Position numbers and translations under genes: made by a program. A stretch of DNA of 64,000 nt, taken from IMG/VR virus record IMGVR_UViG_3300002026_000005; one strand, written 5' to 3'. Every line of letters starts with the position of its first letter. Within the stretch, counting starts at the first letter, position 1. The notes under the pieces were generated by a model that saw only the letters and a list, made by a program, of their open reading frames with translations, made no database searches and was not told where the DNA came from. Shown here one piece after another: positions 21,603 through 33,610 of this stretch. The DNA is from a virus.

Positions 21603-22295
21603 ATGACAATACGACAAATAATTAGTGATATTCTGCTCAGTGTCCGTAACTATCGTGTTACGGCTTCTGAGCAGATTTCGGATAGATACGTTGCGTATCT
21701 GATGGACTTGTATAGATCCATTCTAGTCAAGAGAGATCTAGACAAGAAGAAGAGACTCGATCCTGCCTACATCCAGACTCTCAGCTGTGTCAGCCTGATA
21801 CAGGCTAGTAGGTCTGAGTGTGAGGACTGTGATCCTGGCTGTGTCATAATGAGAACCGAACAGAAGATACCGAAGCCAATCGAGCTGAACACAGACATCG
21901 GCCTAACCTTTGTCGGAACAGTCACGGACGAACCATTCGACTTCAGCTCAAAATCCTACTCGAAGTGGAGTAAGTACAGGAGATGAACCGGAAAGAAACC
22001 CCGAGTCTACATGAAAGGGGATTACATCTATGTCGAGATAAACGACAGCCGCCTTGGTCTTCTAGAGAAGATAAAGGTTGAGGGCGTCTTCCAGAGTCCG
22101 ACTGAGGTTGATGAGTTGAATAAGTGTGACAAGTGTGGTAGTCACAGCATCGATGATGAATACAAGTTGCCTAGTCACCAAGTTCCTGTCCTGAAACAGA
22201 TGATACTCGAAGACCTACTCAGAGGCGTTCAACTACCGAGCGACAAGGTGAATAATTCTTCTAACGACATAGGTAGTGGAGTCAAAGCTGAATAA
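21603..22295 (+). CDS. hypothetical virion-module protein, with in-frame TGA at 21984-21986
   Basis: ORFs 21603..21986 and 22011..22295 share a frame, and the 24-nt gap is open. It ends in TAA. Confidence 0.55.
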
Positions 22296-22914
22296 GTCCC
22301 AGATAGACAGCATCAGAAGTGAATATTCCTTCGGAAAAGTTTCCCAGGTTGAGTTGGCTAGGAGGTATGGTGTAACCCAGCCTCACATCAGCCGCGTCCT
22401 GAAACAGAAGCGGTGGAGAGATGAAAGTTTTGTTCCGGCAGAAACTAGGAAGTGTGGTGATGCATATCTCATTAGGGATATCTACAACTACTACAAGTCC
22501 GTGATGAAACATACGGCGGCACCTGTCGACTTCTCTGCCTATGTGATACTGACGACAGAGTTCAACAAGAAGTTGTCAGAGAAAATCATCAGCCGCAATG
22601 AGATCTTCAGGATGCCCTATGACCTTGGCTTCCTATTCATAGGCAAGAGGATTCCGACTGGAGATGTTCGGCCCATTGATTGGGTAGAGACGAAGAAGAA
22701 CGGATTCGTAGTGAAGAACGATAACGTCCACACAGGAGGTTATATCTATAGCATAAGATGGGACAAGAAGAAGAGATATATCAGGAACAAACAGTTCTTC
22801 AGGTTCTATGCCGCATCATCTCTCAAGAACAGTCTCTGCAAAGCAATCAGGAACGGATACGATACGGTATTCGATGTCACCATGAAAGACAGTAGGGAAT
22901 CTTTTGGTAGATAG
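22276..22914 (+). CDS. helix-turn-helix domain protein
   Basis: The segment VSQVELARRYGVTQPHISRVLKQ is HTH-like. Only a GTG start is available near the 5' end, so the start is uncertain. It ends in TAG. Confidence 0.45.
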   Translation: MESKLNKSQIDSIRSEYSFGKVSQVELARRYGVTQPHISRVLKQKRWRDESFVPAETRKCGDAYLIRDIYNYYKSVMKHTAAPVDFSAYVILTTEFNKKLSEKIISRNEIFRMPYDLGFLFIGKRIPTGDVRPIDWVETKKNGFVVKNDNVHTGGYIYSIRWDKKKRYIRNKQFFRFYAASSLKNSLCKAIRNGYDTVFDVTMKDSRESFGR

Positions 22915-22971
22915 AGAGCAGACAGAGCAGACAGAAAAAACAACACACGCACACACAATAAACAGAAAGAA

Positions 22972-23694
22972 ATGATATACAAGTACACAGGAATAAAAGA
23001 GATTATCGCAAAGGTTATGGCAGACATGAACCTCCAAGACGATACTCACAGGATAGAGGAATGGAAGGAGTGGGCGTTCGAGGCAATGGCTTTCCTCTAC
23101 TCTGAACCGATTCTCCAACCTAACGTCGAGATTCTTCCGGTAGAAAACTACCAGGCGAAATCTCCGTGTGATTTCTACAGTCTTATCCAGATAGCTTTTG
23201 GATCCAGTGCGACTGGACCATTCTCCCGCATGAAGAAGATGACTGGGTCATTCGACTCTGTCAAGAACAGAACTGGAAAAGATTACATGAACTTCGACAT
23301 CGACAGAGAGTACAGAATAGATAGGGGTTTCATCAGAACAAATTTCAAGGAGGGTTTTATTGCGATAGCATACAACAGCATTCCTGTTGATGAGGAGGGA
23401 TTGCCTCTGATACCGGATCATATTTCTTTCAAGGAAGCCATGTATTGGTACATCCTAACCAAGTTGTTCTTTCCGAAGTACATGAGTGGGGAGATAGATA
23501 TAAACAGGTACAGTATGCTCAAGAATAACTGGAGCAAGTTCTGCAACCAGGCGCATGGTGTTGCCCTTATGCCAGATAGGGATGAATTGGCTACGATATA
23601 TGACATGTGGATACGCCTGGTACCAGATGTTCATGCACACAAATCATTCTTTGATGTGATGGGAGAACAAGAGTACGTAAAGAAAAAATATTAG
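22972..23694 (+). CDS. tail-module hypothetical protein (240 aa)
   Basis: ATG ORF ending in TAG, immediately upstream of the large tail protein. Confidence 0.5.
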   Translation: MIYKYTGIKEIIAKVMADMNLQDDTHRIEEWKEWAFEAMAFLYSEPILQPNVEILPVENYQAKSPCDFYSLIQIAFGSSATGPFSRMKKMTGSFDSVKNRTGKDYMNFDIDREYRIDRGFIRTNFKEGFIAIAYNSIPVDEEGLPLIPDHISFKEAMYWYILTKLFFPKYMSGEIDINRYSMLKNNWSKFCNQAHGVALMPDRDELATIYDMWIRLVPDVHAHKSFFDVMGEQEYVKKKY

Positions 23695-23697
23695 AAC

Positions 23698-26600
23698 ATG
23701 GAGAACCAAGTAAATACTTTCGTCAAGGGGATGAATAGGGATACGGGTCTATCCATGTTCCCTGAGAACTCCTATTACGAAGCCCGTAACATGAGGATAA
23801 CTTCTCCCGACAATAACACTAACACTTTCGAACTCCAGAATGTTAGAGGGAACCTGAACTGTTTCAGCTTCAGTACACCAAACATGATAGTCGGAACATG
23901 TGAGAATCGTGACGAACTAGTCGTGTTTACCCACAACAGTATTGGTCCAGATGGTTACAAGGACTCTATCTTTATCCTGAAGAATCTTGATGACACAGAA
24001 ACCATCTATGAATGTGATCAGGCCGGCGTCGGACAGAATCCGGACACCTATGTCTGGCATGGAAACCTCGGCTTCAGTCCCTCCACTAGACTCCAGACGG
24101 TGTCTATGTATGAGAACCAGTATGCGCGGAAGGTGTTCTTCTGTGATGGTCTGAATACTCTGAAGTTCATCAACACCTACTCTATCACGGATGTCGATGG
24201 AATTAATCCGAACGATCCCACTCTGAACAGAACCAATGAGGGAGAGATGGAGATGGTGAGACAGCTCGTGTTCAGACCAAAGGAGAATCTCTCTATAGTA
24301 GAAGGCGGAAACCTGTTTGCTGGTAAGTACCAGTACGCTGTTAGGTTCTTCAACATCAATGGGTCTGCCTCGAATTGGGTAGTGTTCCCGAACATGATTC
24401 ATGTCGTGGACACGAATGATAGACAGTCAGACACCTGGAAGTATTTTGGTTCCGAGGTTGGTGATCAGTGTGGAAAATCTATCAAGATAGGTTTGAGCTG
24501 GGGTAATCCTTTGAGGGGATTCGTCCAGGTTGTGGCCATCAAGTACACAGCCGTCAACCAGACACCGACAATAAACATCGTTGGTTATGGTCAGCCAGAT
24601 GCTAGTGGTCAGACCATGTCGATAACAGACACAGGAGTCTATGAAGGAGTTCTGGCTGTTGATGAGGTTACGTCAATAATGAACGTCTTCTCGGCAGCAA
24701 CAATTGAGTCGAAGGACAATATCCTGTTTGCGGGCAACATCAAGAAGGAGTCCTTTGATATCGACTATGATGCAAGAGCTTTTAGGTTTGATCAGTCTGT
24801 TGGACGTTCCCAGATATATCATGGTAACGGAGACTATATCAGAGTCTATCCGAATGGGGATTGGATGAGATATGATAGTGGAGGAACCCTATTGACATCA
24901 GGAACAGGTTGGAGCATACCTGAGGACTTTGACTGTATAGAGAGTTACAACAACTATGACAACGATACGAACTTTCCCCAACAGTGGAGTGGATTCCACA
25001 ACGTCTATGGAGGAACAGGAAAGAACATCCAGTACAGTTTCGGAGTGAGGAGTTTCAAGTCTAGTGAGAGAAACAATGAGTACCGTAACTCGAACAGTAC
25101 AGACAGTACCTGGAAAATACCTCTGTTCGGAACCGACTCCCAGAGGAATACTTCATATGCCGACTATTCTTCACCAGAAATGGAATACTATGTGGGTTAC
25201 CAGAGGAACGAAACCTATAGGTTCGGAATAGTCTTCGTCAACCAATTTGGTCAAGACTCTTTCGTGAAGTGGATAGGGGATATCCGTTTTCCGGCACCAG
25301 ATCTGTACGACCTAAGACCAAGTTTCATTGATGCAAACAATGATCTCTGGATGAATGTTCTATACATAAAGTTTGCAGTAGTGGCACCAACTGATGAAGG
25401 TGTTACTGGATACAGGATAGTTAGATGCAAGAGAACAGAGCCAGACATGAGAGTGAAGGCAAATGGATTGCTTGGAGTATGTGATGTTGATTATCCAGAT
25501 TATTATTATGGAAACTTTGAACCAATTAATGCTTTGGTTCCGGCAAGAACTCCTCTAGTGTTCATTTCACCCGAAACAAATATCAACAACCTGAATCTTG
25601 ATGATGAGATAGTAATGAGGAAGTATTTTGGATACGCTCAATCATCAATTGTATCGATGAGTGGAACATTTTTTATAGTAAACAACAATGTGTTTACGCC
25701 AGACTTCCATCATGGAGACGACACTATAGTTGAGAATGTCACGAAAGTAAGTTGGGGAGATGAATCCCAATACTCTCTAGGAAATACGAAACCGTTCATA
25801 AACAAGTTTAATCTTAATGGAGACATCACTGATTATGTCACTAAGTATGTGATGGTATCAAATAGTGATGTTGATAGCGGTCCAGTATATAATTATTTCT
25901 ACACCCAGGCAATAAGCAAGGGAGTGTCGTATGGAGGAAACACTTATGTAGACAGGACAAAATCTGTCTATTTCCAGTGTTCAGAAAATGTGGGTATAAA
26001 CAATACTGATGATATTCACGTGTTCTGTGGTGATACATATGTCTCAACATTTGAGTTTCTCGAAAGAGCAAGAGTAGATAATTCATTCTCTGTATCCATC
26101 AGATTCCCAGTCGAATCCCGTATCAATCTCAATCTTCGTCACGATGACTACGTCTCTAGACACTTTGGAGATCCAAACGTGAAGTATATCAAGGAGACTG
26201 GCAACGACATGGAAGGCGACATCCGTCTTGGTTGGTCTGACTTGTATCAGTACAATTCTGTCTATAGCCAGGAACCGAATCTCCAGAGCTACTTCCCGAA
26301 GCCCTACATCTATCAAGAGCTAGAAGAGTTTGATGCGAGAGTAATAAAGAGTCAGAAGAAGATTTCGGGCGAGAGGATCTGTAACTGAACCCAGTTCAGA
26401 CAGAATGAATACATCGACCTCGACTCCCGCAATGGAAGCCTGAATAAGCTCACATACTTCGGTAACTACCTGACAGCACTCCAGGATGGGGCATTCGCAA
26501 TCATCTCAGTTAATCCCCGCTCTCTCATAACTGACCAGAGCGTGAACTCCGCCTTCAATACTACTGGACTAGCATTAGGCTCAGGAGGAATTCTGGATAG

Positions 26601-27564
26601 ATATGACTACATCTCTGTCAACACAGGAACGATTGATGCCGACTCTGTTGTTGCTACCGAGAATGGTCTGTATTGGGTAGACAGGCTGAACAAATCCATC
26701 TGGAGGTACAACAGCCAATTGGATAATCTTAGCCTCAGTAAGCTCATCAACAACTGGAGCAGGCAGAACATACTAGGAGTATCGACAGCCGGGATGGATA
26801 GGGAGAACAAGGAGATTCTGTTCACTATCAAGACAACGACTGATGAGAATAGTGAAGTGAGAGACACACTTGTTTTCAGTGAGACTATGGATGCCTTTGT
26901 TGGGTTCTTCGATATGTACTCGAAGCCGGTCGATTCCCAACCAAAGATATTTGGAGACCTCTTCTTCAACAAGAACAATAAGCTCTATTCATCAGTGACA
27001 AGATCAGACGCCTACATCCAGAATAGAGGAAAGTTCGATACGTTCTTCGAGAGAACACTTACTTCGATGGATGCCACAATAACCTTTGTCTGTAACAAGT
27101 ATTATCCTGCAACGAAGGTTTTCGATTCCTTCAAGCTGAACACAGAGGCAGTATGTATGGATGAGACGGACGACAACTATCTGAAGGTGATTCCCTATGA
27201 GACATTTGATAGAGTCATCTGTTGGAACGACAAGTTTGATAGTGGGACAACAGCCTTGGTCTACATTCCGAAGAATAGGGAGCTTCCAGTAACAGGAGAG
27301 ATTCCTTTGGTAAGGAGAGAACAGGAGTGGAATTTGTCTGTGCCTCGGAATGCGACTACATTGGAGAATAATCTGTATCCAGACTATGATAAGCTTGGAG
27401 ACACCATACAGGAACAGGACAGACTGTTCAGAGAAAGAATCAGGGGAAAATTCATGTTCGTAAAATTCATGTTCGATAACATCTGGGAGAAGACTGGGGA
27501 AGGAGACATCTTCCTAAAGATCCCATTCATCCAGACAAATTTCAGAGTAAGCGTAAGAAGCTAG
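23698..27564 (+). CDS. large tail protein (stabilisation or muzzle-like), with in-frame TGA at 26386-26388
   Basis: ORFs 23698..26388 and 26542..27564 share a frame. I checked the 153-nt gap codon by codon and it is open. The total is 1288 codons. The N-terminus FVKGMNRD...ARNMRI...LQNVRGN recalls conserved tail proteins of Bacteroidota podoviruses, from memory only. Confidence 0.55.
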
Positions 27565-27572
27565 GAGGAAGT

Positions 27573-30500
27573 ATGAAGAAGAATATTAGGAAGCCACAGA
27601 AGAAACAGAATGGTGGTAGGATTTATGGAGGAGACATCTTCCCCTACCAAGACGAATACCAGCAAGGTGGCTACGTCAACAACACTGGTTACCTAAGCAA
27701 TAGCCAAACCAGATACAACCCAGTCAACATCATTCCTTCAACAGACATCACGACACAGGGAATGGCCTTCCCAATTCAGGCCACAACAGATATGGGTGAC
27801 TCACGTACACTCTATCCTAACACGGGAGATTTCAAGATGAGAGGAAACTACACAATAGAGAAGCCGAAGTTCCAGACTGGTGGTACTGTCGGTAACAAGA
27901 AGTACTACCAGTACGCAGATGAGCTTCTTGGGCAGAAAGCCAAAGGCATGAATCCGAGCCAGAAGGCTGCTGCCCTTGATGAGTTCCTCGGACACAAGAA
28001 GGGTTCTGTCCCAGACAGAGACTACTGGATGACCCAGTTCATTGCTGGCTCAGCCTATGACAACATCAGACAGAAGACCCAGATGGCTCCGGCAGAACTT
28101 GAAGCCAAAGGCAGCCGTCTATCCCAAAGCTACGAAGGTCAGGATGCCGGCATGAACCTTGTCACGAACACAATCGACCCATCAACAATGGCTAGACAAC
28201 CCCAGTACAAGAAGGATCCGATCAGGGAACGTTTCAGCTACAGAGGCAATGACTACCTGTCTGAAGATTATGGTAACAACATAAGTATCAGAGACAAGAA
28301 GAGCAAGACCTGGGACCCCAACCTGAACAACACATCTGGAGCCGGCGTTGAGTATCCTGACCAGAGTGAGCAAGAGTACAACTCAGATGTCTACACACTG
28401 AATCCAAAGGAGAGAGTGGATGAATACAATAGGAGAATTAGGTCGGTTGATGCAGACCAAGAAGAGGCTCTCTATGATGAGATGGGAATGAATAGGGACA
28501 GGAACAGTGGAGATAAAAGCCAGCTCTACAACCACTTGAGCAAGTATGGAACGAGAGAACCGATCGATGTCGATATAGTAAAGCCCTATGATCCAAACTT
28601 CAAGGGTAACTACCAATACGGTGGCCAGATAGCTGGAGGTGCTCTTAGTGGTGCCGCAACTGGTGCTGGGATAGGTACAGCGATAATGCCAGGAGTTGGA
28701 ACCGCCATTGGTGCTGGAGTCGGAGCAATCGGAGGAGGAATAGCTTCTTGGCTGAAGGCGAAGGATGCCGACAAGATGAGTGATGCCCCAATGGAATATT
28801 CTGGGCCATCCAGAAACGCCTATGCCCCAACCTTCCAGTATGGTGGAATGGCTCAACCCCAGATGCAACAGCCACAGCAGCAAATGATGCAACAACCTCA
28901 GATGATGCCTGGGCAAGAAATGATGCCAGGACAGGAAATGGTACCAGCAGAGTTAGAAGGTGGAGAGACTGTTCAGACTCCTGATGGGAACATCAACCAG
29001 GTGTATGGGAAGAGTCATGCTCAGGGCGGAGAACAGATGGTGTTGCCAGAAGGAAGCCGTATCCTGAGTGATAAGCTGAAGGATTCTGACGGGATTCCGT
29101 TCGGAACCAAGGGAGAGAAGCTGAAGAACCAGATGAAGAAGGCTGAGAAGATCGCCTCGAATCCTCTTGCTCTTGGCATCCAGAAAGAGACAGCAAAGAA
29201 GAACATGGAGAACGCCCAGAGAGAGTATGATGCCCTCTTCGAGAAGCAAGAACAGATGAAGATGGAGAAGGCAAACAAGTACATGGATAAGCTCGGAGTA
29301 ACAGGAGACACATTCAAGTATGGAGGAACTGCAGGGGTGAAGAAGTATCAGAAAGCGGGTCTTGTTGGAAAGAACAGATTGTACTCAAGTAATCAGAGTG
29401 GTAAGTCTAATTATCCTGTGTACGATATAGATGAGTACGCATCAAGAATAACTGGAAACAGTAATCCTTATGGAATCAGTGTTAGTCCATATCAGTTCAT
29501 GAATAGTGTAAATCTAACGTCTGCACCAAAAAGTGTTGATCAGGAACGCTCGGAAATGAGCGGAGACAATACTCTCGCAAGACAGCCATACACAGGAACC
29601 TACAACTACTCATCCAACTATAATCCAACATCCCAAGGAAACCAATTTACTTCAGCAGGTAGTGGAGTGATGGCTCCAAAGACTGGTGATGGATGGTATG
29701 ATCCAAACACGTCATACAACCTATCTGACTATGAACCTGGTTCAAAGATGTACAACTATGTTAGAGGTGTTCAGAACATGAAGGCCCAAGGTCTTGGTGT
29801 TGGTTCTAACCAGAGCCAATCTAATGGTAATGCTTCGGTTGGAAATACTAATAGAGGAGTGAGCTACGTGAATCAGTCTGGTTCATACACAGGAAACCAT
29901 GTTGGAAACACTGGAGTTTTTGATGGAAGTAAGTTTGGAAACAAAACTGGTGGAGAAGGAAATTATATAGCCCCAGTCGGATCAAAGCTTGGTGATGGAA
30001 ATGCTAACACCTACAATTCTTCTAACAACAATACATATGGAGCTACACCAGGTATGACTGGAAAAGGTTCGTACACAATGGGAGTATCCAATCAGGGAGT
30101 TGGATCTCCATCAACTCAAACTCAGTTAGATATGGGTAATGCAAACGTTTCTGGCAGCCAATCAAGTCCAACAATAAATTATGGAGGAATAGATACACGT
30201 AAGTATGCCGGAGCTAAACCTTTCAAGCTTGGATTCGATAAGTCTAATGACTACAAACTTACTCAGACTAATCAGGAACTCGACTTCGGACTAAATAATG
30301 CCAAGAGCGATATCCTTTCTACTCCAGGTAAAGACTACTCTAGACAGATGGATTTTGATGGAACTAACACTGGAACAGACTGGGGTCAGGTAGGAATGAA
30401 CGCAGCCAAGTATGCCCCAACCATCTTCAACTTTGGTAGGGCTCTCTTGAACAAACCAGAGAAGGAACGTCCGTATCTGGTTCATACTCCTGAGGCCAAG

Positions 30501-30989
30501 TACATGGACTACAGCCAGAACAGGGCAGACACCAACTCTCTCGGAAGACAACAGCAGGATCTTGCTGCTCAGTACTCATCCAACGCAGGAGATCTAATCA
30601 ACTCGAAGAGGGCAGCAATGAACTCGAATGCGGCACAGCTTGGTCAGATCGGAATGAATGAGAACAACCAGAACAACCAGATCTATAACCAGTGGGCTCA
30701 ACAGAACTCTGGCAACCAGTACCGAAACAACCAAGAGAGGAAGTATGCCGACGACATCAATGCCCAGAACAGGGAGTCAAGGTGGAACTTCGCTAGTGCC
30801 GGCTCAGAAGGACTTGCCCGTGTAGCCTACACGAATGAGAAGGACAAGAATAGCGCGAACGCAGACCAGATGAGACTGAATACTCTTGAATCACTATACA
30901 AAGATTTCAAGTACGATCCGAACACTGGAACCCCTATAGCAAGAAAAAGTAAGTACGGAGGAACCATTCGTAAGCCTCGTAAGAAGTAA
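27573..30989 (+). CDS. low-complexity Q/N/G-rich virion protein with a glycine zipper, candidate ejected or cargo protein
   Basis: 1138 aa. It has a glycine-zipper segment (GGALSGAATGAGIGTAIMPGVGTAIGAGVGAIGGGIASWL), a polyQ/M stretch, and a recurrent aromatic-x-x-GG motif. It ends in TAA. Confidence 0.5.
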   Translation: MKKNIRKPQKKQNGGRIYGGDIFPYQDEYQQGGYVNNTGYLSNSQTRYNPVNIIPSTDITTQGMAFPIQATTDMGDSRTLYPNTGDFKMRGNYTIEKPKFQTGGTVGNKKYYQYADELLGQKAKGMNPSQKAAALDEFLGHKKGSVPDRDYWMTQFIAGSAYDNIRQKTQMAPAELEAKGSRLSQSYEGQDAGMNLVTNTIDPSTMARQPQYKKDPIRERFSYRGNDYLSEDYGNNISIRDKKSKTWDPNLNNTSGAGVEYPDQSEQEYNSDVYTLNPKERVDEYNRRIRSVDADQEEALYDEMGMNRDRNSGDKSQLYNHLSKYGTREPIDVDIVKPYDPNFKGNYQYGGQIAGGALSGAATGAGIGTAIMPGVGTAIGAGVGAIGGGIASWLKAKDADKMSDAPMEYSGPSRNAYAPTFQYGGMAQPQMQQPQQQMMQQPQMMPGQEMMPGQEMVPAELEGGETVQTPDGNINQVYGKSHAQGGEQMVLPEGSRILSDKLKDSDGIPFGTKGEKLKNQMKKAEKIASNPLALGIQKETAKKNMENAQREYDALFEKQEQMKMEKANKYMDKLGVTGDTFKYGGTAGVKKYQKAGLVGKNRLYSSNQSGKSNYPVYDIDEYASRITGNSNPYGISVSPYQFMNSVNLTSAPKSVDQERSEMSGDNTLARQPYTGTYNYSSNYNPTSQGNQFTSAGSGVMAPKTGDGWYDPNTSYNLSDYEPGSKMYNYVRGVQNMKAQGLGVGSNQSQSNGNASVGNTNRGVSYVNQSGSYTGNHVGNTGVFDGSKFGNKTGGEGNYIAPVGSKLGDGNANTYNSSNNNTYGATPGMTGKGSYTMGVSNQGVGSPSTQTQLDMGNANVSGSQSSPTINYGGIDTRKYAGAKPFKLGFDKSNDYKLTQTNQELDFGLNNAKSDILSTPGKDYSRQMDFDGTNTGTDWGQVGMNAAKYAPTIFNFGRALLNKPEKERPYLVHTPEAKYMDYSQNRADTNSLGRQQQDLAAQYSSNAGDLINSKRAAMNSNAAQLGQIGMNENNQNNQIYNQWAQQNSGNQYRNNQERKYADDINAQNRESRWNFASAGSEGLARVAYTNEKDKNSANADQMRLNTLESLYKDFKYDPNTGTPIARKSKYGGTIRKPRKK

Positions 30990-31021
30990 ACTGGATAGAT
31001 GAGAATTTGATGTAGGGACAG

Positions 31022-31043
31022 CTGCCTGGGGAAGCCCGGGCAG
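31022..31043 (+). terminator. GC-rich hairpin after the 27573..30989 gene, possible weak terminator
   Basis: Stem ctgcctggg / cccgggcag (9 bp including 1 G-U pair) with loop gaag. The downstream sequence is only moderately T-rich (ttgtggcttc). Confidence 0.35.
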
Positions 31044-31102
31044 TTGTGGCTTCATTAGATTTCGTACAATAAAAGTACCGTAACAGAACACACAACAGAC
31101 AG

Positions 31103-33187
31103 ATGAAATGTAACTCGATAACTCTTGCCTCTAATGGGAAACCCTCTATCTTCTTCAAGATGGTTGAGGAACGTGATGGCTTTGATGCCGCCGTCGAACA
31201 GTGGGGTCGCATCAACTCCCAGAGATACAAAGAACTCGTGAGAGGAATAGAGAGGACCGATGAGAACGGGGAGTCGACTCTAGAGTTCTGGGACTTTGTT
31301 CGGGACTCTGTGGGTCGGAATGAATCCCGTCGGATGATCGCGAAGACGGCCGGCACTAGTCTTAATCCTGATGAGTGGGTAGAGGACGCAAAGGAACGGA
31401 TGGATGCCGTCCTGGAGAGATCGAAGGACAAGAGAACCAATGAGGAGGAGCTCTTCAACAGGGTAGCCAAGACTCTCAGGTCTTATCTAGACAGGGACTC
31501 TGTTCTAGGCTACAAGATAAATGACCTTACTGACATCGAAGCCAAGGGCGGCTACTACGTCTCCCAACATGATGTTGTACTTGACCCGAGGTTCGTAGAT
31601 TCAGACCATTCCTTCTTGCATGAGATGGTTCATGCCGTAACCTCCAGATACATCTCGTCAAAGGTAATGGGACTCGAGGAAGTAGATTCCTTCAGAGCCT
31701 ACAAGAAGGCTGGAGACAAGTTCTTCCTGGAAATAGAGAGGCTCTTCGAGAAGATGAAGAAGGACGGCAGCCTAGAGAATCAGTATGGGATGAGAACGAT
31801 GATGGAATTCGTCTCGGAATACTTCTCCAACGGAGAGTTCAAGGCTCTTGTGGATAAGAAGGATAAGGGACTCATGATGGAATTCCTCATGTGGCTGTTC
31901 AATGTACCAACAAGGATGGAAGCCGAGTTCAAGAAGTTTGTTGCCGGCATCGAGACAGATAAGGTGTTTGGGTATGACAATAGTAAGAGTAGCGAGACAA
32001 ACTCTCTTGGTGAGAACTTTGTTGCAAAGGAGGAGGTTGATGGTGTATCATCGAACAGCATAATTTCAAACATTAAAGAAGGTGATTATTTATTCTATGA
32101 TAGGATTATTAGAATAGATTCATTAAGTGTTGATGAAGGGATTAAATTCTCAACTTTGGATAAGTATGGAAATATTGATAGTGATGAAATGGGTTATCAC
32201 TACGCATTAAAATACTGAACTAATGACAAGGTGAAAATAGCTGATGAAAAACAGAGGAAAAAGTTTGAGAAAGCTTTTGCTGAAAGAAATTCTTTAGATA
32301 AAGATATAAGTTTTGGTATACGTAAGTTTCTTGAACCAAATAGTTATGGAAAATATTACTCAGACAATTCTGTTTATAACTATCTAGAAAATAATAGCGG
32401 ATTAAATATTGGTGATGTTTTGGAATTTGTATCAAAAACATCTTATCAATACAAATCTTTAGCTGAAGCTCTTTTGCTTGCAGTAAAGAAGTACAATATA
32501 AAGTCGAGAGTTATTCTTGACACAGACCAATATTTAAAAGAAAATAAAAATGCAGCAGCGTACTATAATGATATCAATAGAAACATTACTATTGGGAAAA
32601 ATTACACCGCTAAAGAATATGGGGCTAGAGCTGTTTTGCATGAAGCTATGCACGCAATTGAATATGAGATAAGAAGATACGATAACTCATTCTACAATAA
32701 AATGGATGAATTGTTTTCTTATATAAAAAAACATATTCCAGAGGAAGTTGATGAATACGGATTGACTCAAACAAAAGAATTTATATCAGAAGCTTTTTCA
32801 AACCCACAATTTCAGGCATTACTAAGTGTAATAAAATATGAAAGAAAAGATGGTAAGATAGTGACCCTATTAAGGGAAGTGTATGATTCAGTATTGAAAA
32901 TATTCAACCTAACAGACAACAGCGTTCTTAGACATGTGTTTGTTGCATACAGGGATCAACTAAACAAACCACTAAATAAGAGAAAAGAAATTGAAGACTA
33001 CACACTTCCTTTTACTAGAGCTGATTACTCGAGTCTCGATCAGAAAGTTGGTGTAGAAAACAAAACAGAATCATCTAATTTAAACAAGAAAGAACAGTCA
33101 GAACTCGAACTCGAATTCATTCAGAACCCTGACCTAATCGGTCTAACCTCAGTTGAGGAACTTTCTAAACAGATGGAGAAATGTTAG
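31103..33187 (+). CDS. tandem double zincin (HExxH) protein, with in-frame TGA at 32216-32218
   Basis: ORFs 31103..32218 and 32231..33187 share a frame, and the second ORF has only a GTG start. HEMVH is at 31619 and HEAMH at 32639. Both are followed by a paralogous YG(M/L)...EF(V/I)SE(Y/A)FSN..F.AL segment. The gene ends in TAG. Confidence 0.6.
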
Positions 33188-33588
33188 CACAACCATACCA
33201 AACAAAAAACATTGACACGAAGTCAAAGACCAGGTCTAAAGCCGTGAAGAGTATTATCGAGAAACTCTTCGAGTCAGAAGTTGTCACCCATATTGCCCAC
33301 CTCCAATCCAAGAGTTATTCAGAACACATGGCACTCTGCTCATACTACGGCGGCGTTCAGGATCTTATCGATTCTCTTGCTGAGAATTCTGTTGTCAAGA
33401 CCGGCATCCTTAGTGGGTACCGCATAATGATTGGGGATACTAGCGACTGCTGTTCATACCTCAATGAGTGCCTCAAGTTTGTTGAGACCCAGAGAGAAGG
33501 AATAGATGAGCCCTACATCCAACAGATGGTGGACAATATCATAGAGTTTCTGGCCTCAACTATATATAAGCTAGAGAACCTGAAGTAA
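33181..33588 (+). CDS. Dps/ferritin-like four-helix-bundle protein (tentative)
   Basis: 135 aa. The pattern VTHIAHLQSKSYSEHMALCSYYGGVQDLIDSLAE resembles the Dps-family helix A/B signature. The ATG overlaps the previous TAG. It ends in TAA. Confidence 0.4.
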   Translation: MLAQPYQTKNIDTKSKTRSKAVKSIIEKLFESEVVTHIAHLQSKSYSEHMALCSYYGGVQDLIDSLAENSVVKTGILSGYRIMIGDTSDCCSYLNECLKFVETQREGIDEPYIQQMVDNIIEFLASTIYKLENLK

Positions 33589-33610
33589 TTCTACTAAAAC
33601 AAAACCACAC

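Noticed and set aside
22915-22960. A tandem 9-nt repeat, gagcagaca twice, and an ACACAC-rich stretch between 22914 and 22972.
   Set aside because: It is very short and sits in an ordinary intergenic leader. There is no evidence of function beyond low complexity.
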